Source: Styela clava
Lineage: Eukaryota
Length of the DNA stretch: 64,000 nucleotides
Direction: 5' to 3'
NCBI RefSeq assembly: GCF_964204865.1
Contig: NC_135256.1
Span: forward strand, 9,858,001-9,922,000
The position numbers and the translations under genes are program-made. This document shows positions 1 through 13,937 of the stretch, piece after piece. The notes under the pieces are model-generated. The model saw only the letters and a program-made list of their open reading frames with translations, did no database searches and was not told the origin of the DNA. How positions within the stretch are numbered: position 1 is the stretch's first letter; every line of letters begins with the position of its first letter.

Positions 1-207
1 GCGCATACTTCAGGAGCACTATAAAAATAGTGCGTAGAATTTCATTCTACCATCATTAGTATGATAAAATACTGTGACATATTCAATACAAAAAAATAAT
101 AAATTCAAAGTTTAATCAAAAATAGCTTCCAGAATAAAACAACAGTTATCTGTACCGTCGATGGCGCAATCGCAACACTATTGTTGTCGCTCTAAAATTT
201 GCCGACG

Positions 208-704
208 ATCAAACGCAAATTCTGATATCCTTCAGGATTTACGAATATTAATGATGAAAAAGTTGAATTCCTACTACTTCAGACAATAGAATCCAAAACA
301 ATATACATAATGGATGAATATATATATACAATTTATTCGGCAAATTCATGGAAGCGGAGACACTTCTAATGTCGCATATAACAAGCAAGGTGCAAAACGA
401 AAAATTAAACAGATTCTCAAAAATGGAAAACAAAATCATAAAAATGTTAACGTACATCAAACAAAAATTTTGATATCCTTAAAGATTTACGAATATTAAT
501 GATGAAGAAGTTGAATTTCTACTTCTTCAGACAATAGAATCCAAAACAATATACATAATGGATGAATATATATATACAATTTATTCGGCAAATTCATGGA
601 AGCGGAGACACTTCTAATGTCGCATATAACAAGCAAGGTGCAAAACGAAAAATTAAACAGATTCTCAAAAAATGGAAAAACTTAATCATAAAATTGTTAA
701 CGTA
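208..704. repeat. Tandem duplication of ~248 bp in the 3' UTR region of UNC93A-like paralog 1
   Basis: TGATATCCTT(c/a)A(g/a)GATTTACGAATATTAATGATGAA starts at 223 and again at 471; the copies (~208-455, ~456-704) are near identical and both end in GTTAACGTA. Confidence 0.95.
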
Positions 705-713
705 GATCTTTGT

Positions 714-3700
714 TCAGAAGCTTGTCAACTCGCCTACCGATGGGTTCGTACGATATGCACCGTTTTGTATTCCATGAGAGTCACCAAGCGACGACTTTTG
801 ACCTGTCTGACCGTTGGATATATCAGCGGCTGTTGGGTTCTTATCTCGTCTCTTTTCCAAGAACTGAAAATTGTTAAGGCATAAAGTATTATGTACATAA
901 TACTAATGAAAGCTAAATTCTGCAGACTGCTATCTACATTTTTGTAAATAACCTTACTATTAGATTTATTATATATTGGTTATCAAAGAGATGCGCACTA
1001 AATTTCGTTAAGTATTTTGCAGCACACAAATGTATATATACGTACGTACTCAATGCAGCTTCAATTTATATTACACAAATATGGCAACACTGAAGTAAAA
1101 TGTCGTGAATCGTGAGGTCTCATTATCACGGACGGTTTCTTATAGGTTTACTCCGAATTAGAGCCAAAGGGTCAAAAAATGTTAGTAAAAATTGGCATAA
1201 GCATAGTTTTCTTTTATTTTTTATACCTAAACTTGGGAACTAGGCATTCGCGTCGAAATGTTTACCAGACCCATCATGGTTTTTTAAGGTTCTTGGTAGT
1301 AAGTTGTCTTGCATTTGACACAAAAAATGCATTCAAAGTTACCAATTCCATCAAAATCTATTATTTTCCACGGCCAATTGCGCTATTATTCAAACACAGA
1401 CGTACGCCTTGGCTTCTATCCCAATCAGAAGTTTTGCTAACGTTACAAGTGTTTCTACTTTGTTATTGATCAAGTGGTTTTGTTTATTGATAATCTGCAA
1501 GATACGGATTATTTTTGTAAGGGTATTCAACTCAAGGCCATCTTTCTTATTTTTGGTACAAGACATATATATACAAGAAAAACGAGAATAGGTACGGTTC
1601 TTGAACTAGCTTGAGTCTCTCAATGCTATAATAAAGTGCTTGTGCTCCGCGCACAATCAGTTGAGAGAGAAAAACTGAATGTTTTACAACACTAACCTCA
1701 ACAGCAAGGTATAGGCTCATCCCAACAATCAGAAAACTGAGAAGAACGTATAGTTTTATGTAGACACAGATGAAACTTTGATAAGCAAAAGCAATAACGA
1801 ATCCTATAGACTCCCACAGGCGATAATTTGCGAAACTTTCTTCTTGTCGATTAAAGAAAAGCACTCCATACAAAGCTGTAACAGAACACCAACATCAAGT
1901 TTAGAACACCAACATTACTTTCGTATAGAATAACTGAATCAAATTATCTGAATTGTAATAAGCAATATAAGACATATTGTAGAATCATAACTTAAAGGTA
2001 TACAATCTGTACATTACTGAACAGTCTCGGTAGCTAACAGCATTATACTGTTTTAAAATATAGTATGTTCATTTTTTCTCTAGAGATTACTATGAAATCT
2101 TTTGGTGCTATCCACGGCATTTTTTTTTATCCGTTTAATTAACGGTAGTGTGTAAACCAGGAAAATTGTATAATTCATTGGATAGATAATATTAGAGTGA
2201 ATTTGACCATTCAACTCACCGTTCAGTTGTGTTTGCCACACAGCATCGGCCATTCCCCAAAATGCCGGTATCACGAAGAAAGGGGCTGGACTTGTTGGGT
2301 ATGGAACCCATACCTGTTATATATTATACGAATGATCAAATTTGTGATGTACTGGAAAGGTCGTGATATATATATGATCAGCGTAAACACCGCCGTGCAT
2401 TTGATTCAATAGAGGATGTGCTGGAATTACTGAATTTTCTGAATAATTACGAGAAGTATACAATGTTACTCAGAATAACTTAATTACTTCTTATATAAAT
2501 CTACTAAATGTCAGCAAGGTTCTGCAACCCTCAACGTTCAAGACTGGTACCGATGTCCGCAATTGTATATGGTTTTGTTTACCCATGTAACCCCAAACTA
2601 TCATGCCAATGAGCTGATAAATATGTACAAAAAGATTCATTATTAACTTAACACAAGACAGAGCAAATACAGAGTTAGGAGGCGTGTCTGTTCAAAATCA
2701 GTAAGCAAACTGTTTGCTTGCGTCCGCGCACCTGTGCACTTAGGAAGGTCATTGATGTGACCGTAAAAACTGTTTCAAATCAACAATTCTTTTTAATTTG
2801 AATGTCATATCACGTGAAATAACGGATTCGGTATGATTCAATATGCATGAAAAAATTTTTCTCGTGAAATACACCAAAAGTATGCCTGAATACAACAATT
2901 TCACTTGCAAGACTTGCCTAGGCAACTAGCTGTTCATCGTTGCCTGGAAGTTTAGTTATAAATATTTTTAAAAAGTTCGCATCACTATTAACGCCTACGG
3001 TCAATGCAGTCAACAAAAGCTCACCAGTAGTGTAATAATAATACCAAGATTTATTAGAGTTGACAAAGAGAACAGTGGTATTCTGCCTGTATATTTTTCT
3101 ATACGTCCGAAGAGGAACGAACAGATTGAGTTAACACCTCCAAAACAAATCATAATAAAGCCAATCCAGTTGACAGCAATCGGACATGTTATAAATGACT
3201 GTAAGATAAAAGTATTTGGTTATGATTAGATAGAATACATTATATCAGTTCCGTTATGATATTCCTGAGAAGGCAATATCCGCACTTCAGACAGTTTCGT
3301 TTATTTACTTCCGCTCAACTATAGATGTACAATATTTCAATAGCAAAATTTTATCTTTTTAAAAGAAGTGTGTTCAATGTCCGTTTACAGGTAATTAAAA
3401 TTGAAGAGCCCGTCGACAAAGATATCCGTTCTAGTCACCATTCTAATTTTTAACCTCAGCACCATTACACGTCCATTCCAGTAGAAAGTGTTGAATCAAG
3501 TTGTGCATATAAACATGTAACAAAATGTCAAAAGCTTTCTGGGAATCTGTTTCCGATTAGAAATCATTGAAATTGAATACATCAAACCACACGTTAGTTA
3601 TATACAATAAATTGGACACAGCCTTCTGGTATTTCTGCAAGTTGATAAGGTGTATGGGAATACTAAAATTTAGTTTGACAAGGACTGTAGAATGGGTATT

Positions 3701-6700
3701 GTTCTTCATTGTACAAAACGCTTAACATACAAGCCCCCATAGATATGATTAAACCAACAAATGTAAAATAGCACATATTTTTACCACGGATATCACTTTA
3801 GTCCCATCATTGTTGCTCGCAATTCAATTGCTTTTGCATGAGTGCCCCTTTCAATTTTGTAGTAAAGAATTAAATGAAATTGCAAATAAAACTGATACCT
3901 GAGTGTAGTCGCCCGTTATGAATGCTTGCTCAAATCCAGAATACATTGTTATAATGATCAACATAATTTGACGTCGATCTTTCATGTGCAAGAATGTTGC
4001 GGAAAGAAGTTCTTTCGTTCCTCGACTTTCATTGTCTCTGTTCAGAAATATAATATCAAAAATTACCGCATGTACCATTACATTTTACTATTTAATTTTC
4101 AGAAAGTACACCCATACTATTGTTTTTTTTTTGTTCTTAGATACCAGAATTTTCACAAGCAGAAAGGCATGTTAGGTATAGCAAATAATACAATATCATT
4201 GTTTTAGGGAATGGGAAAATGTTAAATGTCTGCCATCCTTTTAGCTTAAGATCACTAAAAGTAATTTATAAATTAGCGAAACACCATTATTTCGTTGCAC
4301 TTCAATATAAAAAGCGCTTATAATTATATATTTTCGTGTATGATTTTCACAATAGCAACGGAACTTTAAGATAAACCATAAAGCGGTATCACAATAAAGA
4401 TTCGTTGAATTATAGTTTTGCGATCTGTGTACACAAGCCAGACTTGTCACGGCTGGTATTTTTAGCATTCCCAAATATTTGCGTTTCCAATCTTATATTT
4501 ATGATGGCAGAGCAGGTTGAAGGATGCAAGTTTATTTTGAATTTTATCAAACGAAGCTAACAAAATTTACCCGGAAACGTTAAGTTCTATTACTCTGAAT
4601 TAACAAGCGGTAACCTCACCTAATCACAATTCTGTCCACGAAAAACGCCATGTTTGCCGCAGCTAGAAGTCCAACGGCCGTGTAAATTCCCATCAATATG
4701 TAAATGGTCTCGTCTGGAATTTCATCTTTAGTTGAATCGGCTTAAATTAAGATGTTTACTTTTAAATTAAAAATGAAATTAGTACTTAATATATTAAACC
4801 AAACTGTACAATTTGATCAATAGAAGTTTAAGTACAATGAAAGATCTCTGATATATAGTGATCAGGGCGAGGAATGATTAACAACTACTCAACAGATATC
4901 AGACAGTCAACGGCCACTTTACCAATTGACTGTCATTTCAGGTGGTGCTCTCTTTTCATTGCATATTCACATAAAATTAATTATCCAGGACTTTACTTCC
5001 GTAGTCCTAATCATAAAATCGCTTGGTAAATACCAGGAAATTTCTAACGAATAAACCACAAAATGCATGAACAATGATTACTGCTGACTGTTAAAAACGA
5101 GGCAATGAAAAGTTGCGTATATATGTAAGTTGAACCTTATATAATTAAACTATAGGTTCATGACAGCAATATAAAACGGCTGTTAAACTTCATTGAACAC
5201 CGATTACTGGTATACTTTTGCGCTATTTCCACTTCAAATTCCGATAACTTTTGTGGGTCAGGAGTACTTTTGCCATGAATAATGACCAAGGCCAAGCACA
5301 AATAATTCGTAAAAACATTCAAACCTCTTCCAGTGCCATTCTGACAATCATTGGCACCACAGAAATTTTCAATCCTTACTTTCTCTTCTTCACTAACACT
5401 ATCTGGAAACTCTGTAATAAAAATGAGGCGTTTGAAATCATGCGAGTACTTAGAATATTTGGATCATTTACATCAAATATGGAGTTGAACAAATTTTTTT
5501 ATCAGTATCTTCAGGTAACTTTACAACACCTGCCGTTACCGTAAGGTTACACCTATGAAATTACGTATATATATATATTATATAAACGTGCAATTCTATA
5601 TGAATTTGCTATCAAAGCTTACCAACATGCCAAAGTGTAATGTACTTGTTACGGAATAATACAATGGCAAATCATTTATATTTATGCAAAAATAATCAAG
5701 TTTAGAATTTACGAAAACATAAACGCTGTATAAATAATGAATAAATAATCGTACCAAGACTGGCTGTATTCGCTGACGAGAGCACAAATGATGAAATCAA
5801 ATTTCCGATGATTTGATTCATTTGAAATATCAGGAAGAAAATCCCAAAAAATCTGTTGACAACTGCATCCACACTCTCATTGGTCAATCTTGCGTATCTA
5901 TTAGTAAATAAATATTATTATCTCTATCCTTCTGCTGATTTCAAAAACGGATTCTATTATACCCACCTTTTCGCCACAGTCGTCAGGTAGGTACATTTTG
6001 CTGACCACAGAGGTGCGCCAGAGAAGCCTAAAATAATAGAAGCAGGCACCAATGTCCCCCATGAGGGATAAAAATTAGCGAGTGAATAGCACGTGTATCC
6101 GAGAATCGAACCGAATATTGTCCATTTACATCCAATATGTCTGATAACTAAACAAAATTAAAAATTTCGATTAGGGTTACGCGGGATAAGTGATGTTATT
6201 TTCGGACAGTCGAAGCATTTGACAAATGTGACAAATCAAATGTGCCAAAAGGGGTTGTGATGGTTTGGGATGCAAATGTTTCAATATATATATACTATGT
6301 CTAATTTTGCTTGTTCAATTACTCTGACATTGTGAATCAATCTGGAGTTTGTCTTCTTCAATGTAAAAAAATAAAAGAATTATAACTTTGCATACTACAG
6401 AACGTCAATGCTTAATTCTATGCTGGAGGTGTACCAATTCAACGGTAATCGTTTATTCTATTTAAGTATTCAAAAACATATTAAAGTCGTAACTGATGAA
6501 TAGTCGTATACTATAGCAATAAAGGAATTGGGATGAGATTTTGAAAGATCTCTCATTAATTTTATCGATTTAAAATAAACATGTAATTTTGTTGAGATTC
6601 ATCATGAATTTGAGTCACATAACAATTTGAAAAATATGAATTTCTGAAAATCAACAATAGGAAGTTATCTCAGTCCGCCAAAATATAGCATAACACAAGT

Positions 6701-7802
6701 TTATACCCAAGTTTTAAAAATAATAATAAAGATAGTAAACAACAAACTGAAAGTTGGTGTAAACATTGCAGAGACGATAAGAGATCCATATATGATGGAT
6801 AGAGATCCCGTTCCTAGGCCTTCGTCCGGATTCAAACTAGACTGAAGATTCGATATTCCTGCAAATGCCGTGAAATTGAGAAGAAAAGAAAGACAAATCA
6901 AAAGAATGTTCTTCATAATGTTGAATTTTTCTTTCCTAAAAATTAAAAAAAATTTGGATTGGTAAATAATTCTGGTAACGTTGAGGCATGGAGTGCTTTA
7001 TATGAAGAATAATTTCAGAAATTCATTACCCAGACAATAAAGATTTTTTATCCATCCACAATCCAGTGTAAATCAAAGTAAAACTACTCATCTTTAAACC
7101 TGGATCTGGTTATTAGCTCATTCAGCATGTTCCATGCGTGATAAAAAGTTCAACCTTATGTTGAAAGATGATTGTGTGATGCAGTGCCGGTTGTTCATCT
7201 CTTATATTTAGAATTCAGTGCTTTCATTTAATGTAATGATTTTGAAACACTTAGGTCTCTTATTAGTAAGATCCATAAATGTGTGTTGTTTACTCAGATT
7301 AAAACCGTTATTGTCTTAGTCAATACAAGCGATGATTCTAATTTTCGGATTAGTACTCCCGTCAGTATCGATACTAAACAATCAGTTTACAGATTTTTTG
7401 ACGATAAGCACACACAGACTAAATGACCTTGAGTAATACGTATTGTGCAAATATTTTGTATATCGGATGTCGTTTATGCAAGTTTCTATATGATTTGTAT
7501 ACGTAAAACAAACCTAATGCTGAAAGCAACAAAAAGTCAGTTTATACTTTTATTTTTGTATTTTTTTTTCACTTGACATTACTCCGAGTCGAATCAGATG
7601 ACAATATTTGTTGAGCAATATTTATTAATGCAAAATAATATTCTCTTTCCAAACCTAAAAATTCTGTCCTAATTAATGTACAAAAAGCAAAATAAAGTAT
7701 CTTTAATTTTCAAAGTACGTGATTTTACCTGACAGCATCGTGATCAGAAAGAGAAACTTCGTCGTACACTCTCCTATTGGACGTAGCGGATTCAGCTTCC
7801 AT
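714..7802 (-). CDS. UNC93A: UNC93A-like MFS membrane protein, paralog 1 (11 coding exons)
   Basis: Exons (minus): 7802-7729, 6935-6748, 6147-5967, 5897-5755, 5411-5325, 4740-4620, 4037-3899, 3198-3025, 2313-2220, 1875-1697, 863-714, all GT-AG with frame kept. UNC-93 motifs: KNILLICLSFLLNFTAFAGISNLQSSLN, APLWSAKCTYLT, RFFGIFFLIFQ, FCGANDC, YSGFEQAF, WGMADAVWQTQLN, FANYRLWESIGFVIAFAY. Ends ...GELTSF*. Confidence 0.93.
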
Positions 7803-10213
7803 ATTTAGGCAACTCAGAAAGTAGCTTCAGATTAAATTCTTACTTTGATTAAACAAAAGTTAGCATATAGACGTAGCCAGTATCTAAAACTCCCTATAAT
7901 ATAATCCAAAATTGGAAATCAAGAAATATCTGAACCTTATCTCTACTCTTACATTTCTCAGAAATTTATTTTCGCTTACTCCTTTTATTGATATTTCGCT
8001 CCTTTCGTACATGCATGCATAACACAAGAAAAACGATTCTCCCGTATATCTAATCGCGTTTTAAATCAGAACAATATATGGTAATTGGTATCGGAATGCT
8101 GACAAAAACTGCACTTGGACTTCACGTTTGCTTTCATTGTATCCAGCAATACCTCACTGTAATGTTGTAGCTATTGTCATCATGTACCCGTCAAAAACAA
8201 TTTAACAAGATTCTAAGTTAATCAGTAGTCAATCGCATTCCCAGCGCCCATTATTGAACTGCTCGACAGCACGCACCGGAAGGAAAGAAAGCTTAGTTGT
8301 AATTTGAATTTGTTTGCACGTCAAAGATTACATATTTACTTTTCCTGCTTTACCGCTCATCCAACCTATTGTAAAAGCTGTTGAAGTATTGTTACAAAGT
8401 TACAGCATACCATTTTAAACATGTTTTATAGGACGGGGATTCATTATTAAAACTGGAGAGACTAGACGTTTTTTACATTGTTTGTAAAACCCAAATACAG
8501 AGAAATTTTGTTACAGTGCGTCCCAAGATATTAGAAGGACTTTCTTTTAACATATTTTCAATTTTATATGGGTCTTATATGCTCATAAATCTCCCTCTCG
8601 CCAATGTCTACACTAAACTATCTCTGAACAGTTGTCTTCTAATTCTAAATAATAGTGACAAATCTGCATAGTGAACGAGTTCCAAAATAAGGCTTATCTT
8701 TTTACACAGTAACTAACAGTGTGTCTAATACAACTAGCTGTGAACTTTTCTAGAAATAAAATCTATTATATATATATATATAATATCATGAGTATTTTTT
8801 CCTCGTATTTACTCGTGTCTGTTAATTTCAGCAATTACTATATATTCCCGATTGAAGTTCAAACACAAACGTAATCACAAACGTAATGAAGTGTGTGGAA
8901 CTGGGTAGTATCAGGTTGATCCACGGCGCTCAACGTTTTATATAGAAGCACTGTGAGGGTTGCATTCGAGATTTAGCCATTCAAGACACCAAATACAAAA
9001 TTATAATATCAGTTCGAGATAATTCAAGGTAATTTACCAGGAACAAAGTAAATCCCCGAAAGTACTGAATTAATTGTTACGTAAAATATGTAAATATGAT
9101 GAAATCGGTTTATGATAATTTCCTCATTTTCAAGTTCATCAATCTACGTACGAAGTTAAAACCCTAATCTTTTTTCCAAATTCGCATCAGTTCGATTACA
9201 TATTTTAGCAGCAGCTATTTAACATTATTTTTAAAGATGACATGACAATCGTAATTGTTCGATGATAAATTTATTTGTGTTCGTTCCTGAATTGCTGGCT
9301 ATTCAGCAACAGATATTCTTACTATATATCTGCGATGTCAGTGACTAACTTGGCATCCTCTTTCCTCGGGCATAAAAACAATTCAATAAAGCCTTAGTGC
9401 TACAAAGCTCTATTATATATAGCAGCTTGCTTTCATTCAGCACCACAAATTGGCCAAATTAATATTCCCATGGGTCAAATTAATACTTCGACGAAGAATG
9501 ACTTGTAAATAGTATAATACTGAAGTAATATGTATAATTATTGCTACATTTCCTGCTATGTAACTGCAATTGAATCGCATTTCTGGTAAGTAGTGATTCG
9601 AATCAGCACTGTTCGTTTTTTGATGAAGCGATGATCTACTTGTGATTATAGCATCGATCATAGTATGCATCAATAATGTTCTCAACAATGTTTTCCTAGT
9701 TAGAGCAACCAGTGTAATAGGTTTTAAGCTTAAAGCAATGTTCTTGTAGTGCAAGATCAAATCTGACATACCCAAAAAATATTGTGCATAGCGAGCACCA
9801 AATATGCAGCTGTTGTTGTTCATGATATTACGGGAAGGGATAAAGCGGACCGGACATAAATGTTACAAATTCTCTTGGTAAAACTTTGTCTTCTTATTCA
9901 ATTGAAACAATTTTTAATTATTCTAAATTCAAAGACATGATAAGTTGGTAAATTATAATGCAGCCAACGATTTACTGATTTTTACACACACATTATGCAA
10001 TTGAATCGAATACTAAACTATTTTTGGCTACAACGCAAGCAACTGCATAACTAGTTAATACCTTGTGTAGTATTGAATAGGATTTGAATGGGATATTGAA
10101 GTTTAATATATTGATGTAAACATAGTTTCAACAAGAACGTGCGTAAATAGAGTTGATACACAAAGATCCATAATGTTTTAAACTGAAGATTGATTCAGAA
10201 ATTTCGACTTTGT

Positions 10214-11961
10214 TCAAAAACTTGTTACATTGTCTTCTGGAATCTGACGTACGTTGTCAAATGACTGTTTTCGTTCGGAATGATCTTTTGATGTATTAGC
10301 AGATTTATGATTCATCTTCCGTTTTCTTTCTAATAACTGAGATGAGAATAAGATAAATATAACAGTCTTTGAACCATAATACATCGATTATGTTTAAAAC
10401 GTATGGGAAACACATAAAGGTTATAGTAAAAATACAGTTATCAGTGCCTCAAACATAAATACACATCTACAGTTGTCTCAATCATTTTGCTGCAATGCAT
10501 TTTCATACAATCAAAGTGATTTATAAAGCTACTATAGTTAAATGAAAGTTTATAATTAGTATCCAAAGTATATGTACAAAATAAAGTCATACTAATCAAA
10601 TTTAGATCTGTTTGGAACAAAGTTGCGCAACAACAAATCCTATGGATTGCCATAACTTATAATTGGAAAAACTTTCTTCTTGTCGGTCAAAGAAAAGTAT
10701 GGGTTATTGCTATAATAAAATTATCAATTCGTGACGTTAAATTAAATTTTTAGTCCTCCAATTCTCGAACCATAGAAAGAAGAATGACGTAATTATAGCT
10801 ACTACCATTTAACCTCTGACAGATTTTTACAGGCCTTGACTCCAAACGAGACATTAAATTATGACAGCACCTCATATTAAAAGGATTTTTTTGATCTAGT
10901 ACTGACGCTGTTTGAAGAAAATTCATTCTTAAATAAAGAAGTATCCATATTTTATATTATCGTATTCTTCGCAAATAATGAGCTCTGCCACTATGTGACA
11001 AATTCTCACTATTTGTTGAAACCCAGTTAAATTTTTTAACCTGAATTTCAAACATCAAATGACAATATTTGAACTCACCGTTCAGCTGCGTCCGCCATAC
11101 TGCATCAGCAATTCCCCAGAACGCTGGAATAATGAAGAAGGGAGCTGGACTCGTTGGGTAAGGAACCCATACCTGTAAAAGAGTGGATAAGACTGTATAC
11201 ATGCTGTAATGGATGATTCGGTGTCACTATGGGTGAAAAATCTGACCAGTTTTGAGGTGAGTGGGATCACAAACAACAATCCTAGTTATTCCTCGACCCT
11301 CACTCATTTTGTAGGAAATCTCCACTCTCCCTTTTCATAGATTAGGAAAAGAAGTGCAATCTGATAAACCTGGATTATTATTATCATATTAATAATAATT
11401 ACTTACTAGTAGTGTGGTAGTAATAGCAAATGAGATGAGAGTTGAGATAGAAAACAGAGGCACTCGACCCGTGTATTTTTCAATTCGTCCGAAAATAAAC
11501 GAACAAATAGAATCAACAGCTCCAAAACAAATCATCATCAAGCCAATCCAGTTGACAGCAATCGGACATGTTATAAATGACTGTAAAATAATTGTGCTTT
11601 TACTGATCAAAAAGGAATTTATAAATTTGTAGACAAGTATTATTCGTGTAATCTACATTGAATTATACTCTGCTGTACTACAATAGTGAATCAGTTTAAA
11701 AACAATGCTATGATTCAATGCTGTAAGTGAATGAATCGTGTTGCTCTATGGCCTACGCAGTGCAAACTTCAGAATTTGATTGTAAATTTTCAAATTCTGT
11801 AAAAAAATATACCAATTGACACCTTGGTGTAATCACCCGTTATAAAAGCTTGTTCAAATCCCGAGTATATTGTGATGATTATCAACATTATTTGATATTG
11901 ATTTTTCATATGAGAGAATGTTCCGATTAGAAGTTCCTTCGCTTCTCGGCTTTCATTGTTT
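10214..11961 (-). pseudogene. UNC93A-like pseudogene: exons 1-6 deleted, exon 10 truncated
   Basis: Copies of exon 7 (11961-11823), 8 (11580-11407), 9 (11172-11079), partial 10 (~10699-10626) and 11 (10336-10214). Relative to paralog 2, exon 10 has lost its splice acceptor and a ~213 bp block containing its 3' half and donor. No exons 1-6 present. Confidence 0.9.
11214..11385 (+). mobile_element. Possible 5'-truncated retroposon (SINE/LINE 3' end) in pseudogene intron 8
   Basis: ~150-170 bp present here but absent from the matching intron of paralog 2 (~26815-26840); ends in a short (TTA)n-like tail GGATTATTATTATC. Confidence 0.4.
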
Positions 11962-13261
11962 CTATAAAAAATAACCATTTTTGTATTCATTTGAGAAGCT
12001 GGCGGTACATTTCATTATGACAGGTTTATGAGACAACAAGTTAAATGGAGATGAACAGACTCATCACAATTAGATGACGATCCATTTGAGGTTGTGCAAA
12101 AAACTTTTTACTCGAGCGTAACCAATCCAGTTCGTTGAAAAATGGACATATGACGTCGATTGAGAAAAAAGAAATTATATTCGATCGTGGCAATGATAAA
12201 CACCCCCATGTATGCGCACATTGAATTGGCGTTCTTGTTCTCTTTTTTCCTTCCAACTTACAACTTTATTGTATATGTCACGTCAGACTTCATCTCAAAT
12301 GGCAAAATATAAACAAATCAAACTCTGTATCGGATGAAAATAACACTTCACTGCATCTTGCATGTACCCTATTCAACCCCCCTTCCAATAACATTTTCCC
12401 GTGATCAACGTTTGTTGTTTATCGAATAAAAGAGACCGATTCTGCTATCTCTTTCTGCCACGCTCACAGCTAATCCTACCAATGACTATATCCCTTTTTT
12501 GTCTATTAGTACTTTTATTGCGGTACATCGCCAGTACCCCTGGCCTTCCCCATGCAGGAAGGCTGAAACAGTATTTATACAAATAAATACGAATGATATT
12601 GAACGTGAACCTTAATAAAAAATGAATTGAACATGTAATGAAAATAACACTTGTCAGTATAAAAGTAAATAATCCGGGTTATCCAACTAGGTCAGCCCCC
12701 CCAACGAAATATGAAATAAATGTCGGATGCTCGTCGAGTGGCTCGTGATCTGGCGGATATATAATCAAAGTGTATAACGTATGAATCGACGCCAGTCGCG
12801 GCCAACCCGCCGAACAAAAACCACACAAAAAACAACAACAAAAAATAACGTAAAAATACTCTTGCTGCGAAGGGCTGGCCAACTCGGCAATGGGTTCTAA
12901 CCGACTGTATAATAGGTACTTCGCCTCTTACTATCGACTGGATTGAAAAGATGAAAGGTGTGAAGTGGTCGCAGAAAGAAAAAAAAAAAAAACTAAAGGC
13001 AATTGATCAAAATTATAATTTGGTGACATATGACATATATCTAAATAAAAATTGACATAATGGAGGCGAGCGGTATGAAACTATATATATATGACATATA
13101 TAGTGCTCCATGCTTATTGCCGAGCGTGAATTTGTGGAAGTAAGTGGTGGGGAGGGGAATAAATTACAACCAAATAAATTTAGAGCCACTGGATCAGTGG
13201 AGTTATTTCAGTGAGCAAAGGGCTCAAACTGCCTCGGGAAATCGCTAGTGGGATACAACTG

Positions 13262-13451
13262 TGTGGTTATGACCAATCCAATTATAAAACAATCACTCAA
13301 GCTCATGAACACATCTCATACACACACTAAGAAATTAAAGACAGAGTAGAATACAGTGTCGGAAAAGAGAATAAAGTCAGAATAGCCGACAGTGTCAAGA
13401 AGTCCGCACCAAGCCCGATACGTGAATTGAAATACCAAGATCGGAGCCACA
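13262..13451 (+). mobile_element. Solo LTR (190 bp)
   Basis: Starts TGTGG and ends CCACA (5-bp inverted termini); flanked by 4-bp direct repeat ACTG (13258-13261, 13452-13455); internal TATAAAA (~13283) and AATAAA (~13370). Confidence 0.65.
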
Positions 13452-13937
13452 ACTGCATTGCCAAATCTTATACGGTACCGGTGTCGAAGTCCACCCGGTG
13501 TCGACTATCGTACCCATTGGGGGTTTTATACACCTAAATGACCGTAACCCATAAAAAAAAACTCTCGACTTTCGCTAAACACGAGAACCGCTGAAATGCG
13601 GTAACGGAACCGCTACAGTAAATTGAAGTATACAATTACACTGGTATAGGTAAATTTATCTAGGTACACACTTGAATGAAACATTTTCGTGCATGCTAAT
13701 TTACTATATAAGCCCATTATTCACTGTTTGAGTATCCTATTGGATCGTATGGTATTGCGATCGATCAAAACGGTACCGTGGTGGTACGACGGAGTTGATG
13801 ATAAATATTGTCGCGTTGTTCGATAAAGACTTCTGGTGCAGGAACTGGTGCGACCGTGGCTGTTTGTCGTGGAACGTCAGACGAAAACTGTCGTCCACCA
13901 AAACAACAAGCCAATATATACTTTATTACTCCTAAAA

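Larger units (their letters stand above)
9340..12538 (-). repeat. Left arm of an inverted duplication of the UNC93A paralog 2 locus
   Basis: Reverse complement of ~9340-12240 aligns by eye to ~26010-28938 (intron 6 through 3' flank of paralog 2); reverse complement of ~12241-12538 aligns to ~20605-20967 (upstream of paralog 2). Confidence 0.9.

Noticed and set aside
248-884. Short ORFs 248-460, 314-499, 672-884
   Set aside because: They fall in the tandem repeat or antisense to the last UNC93A exon; no recognisable domains.
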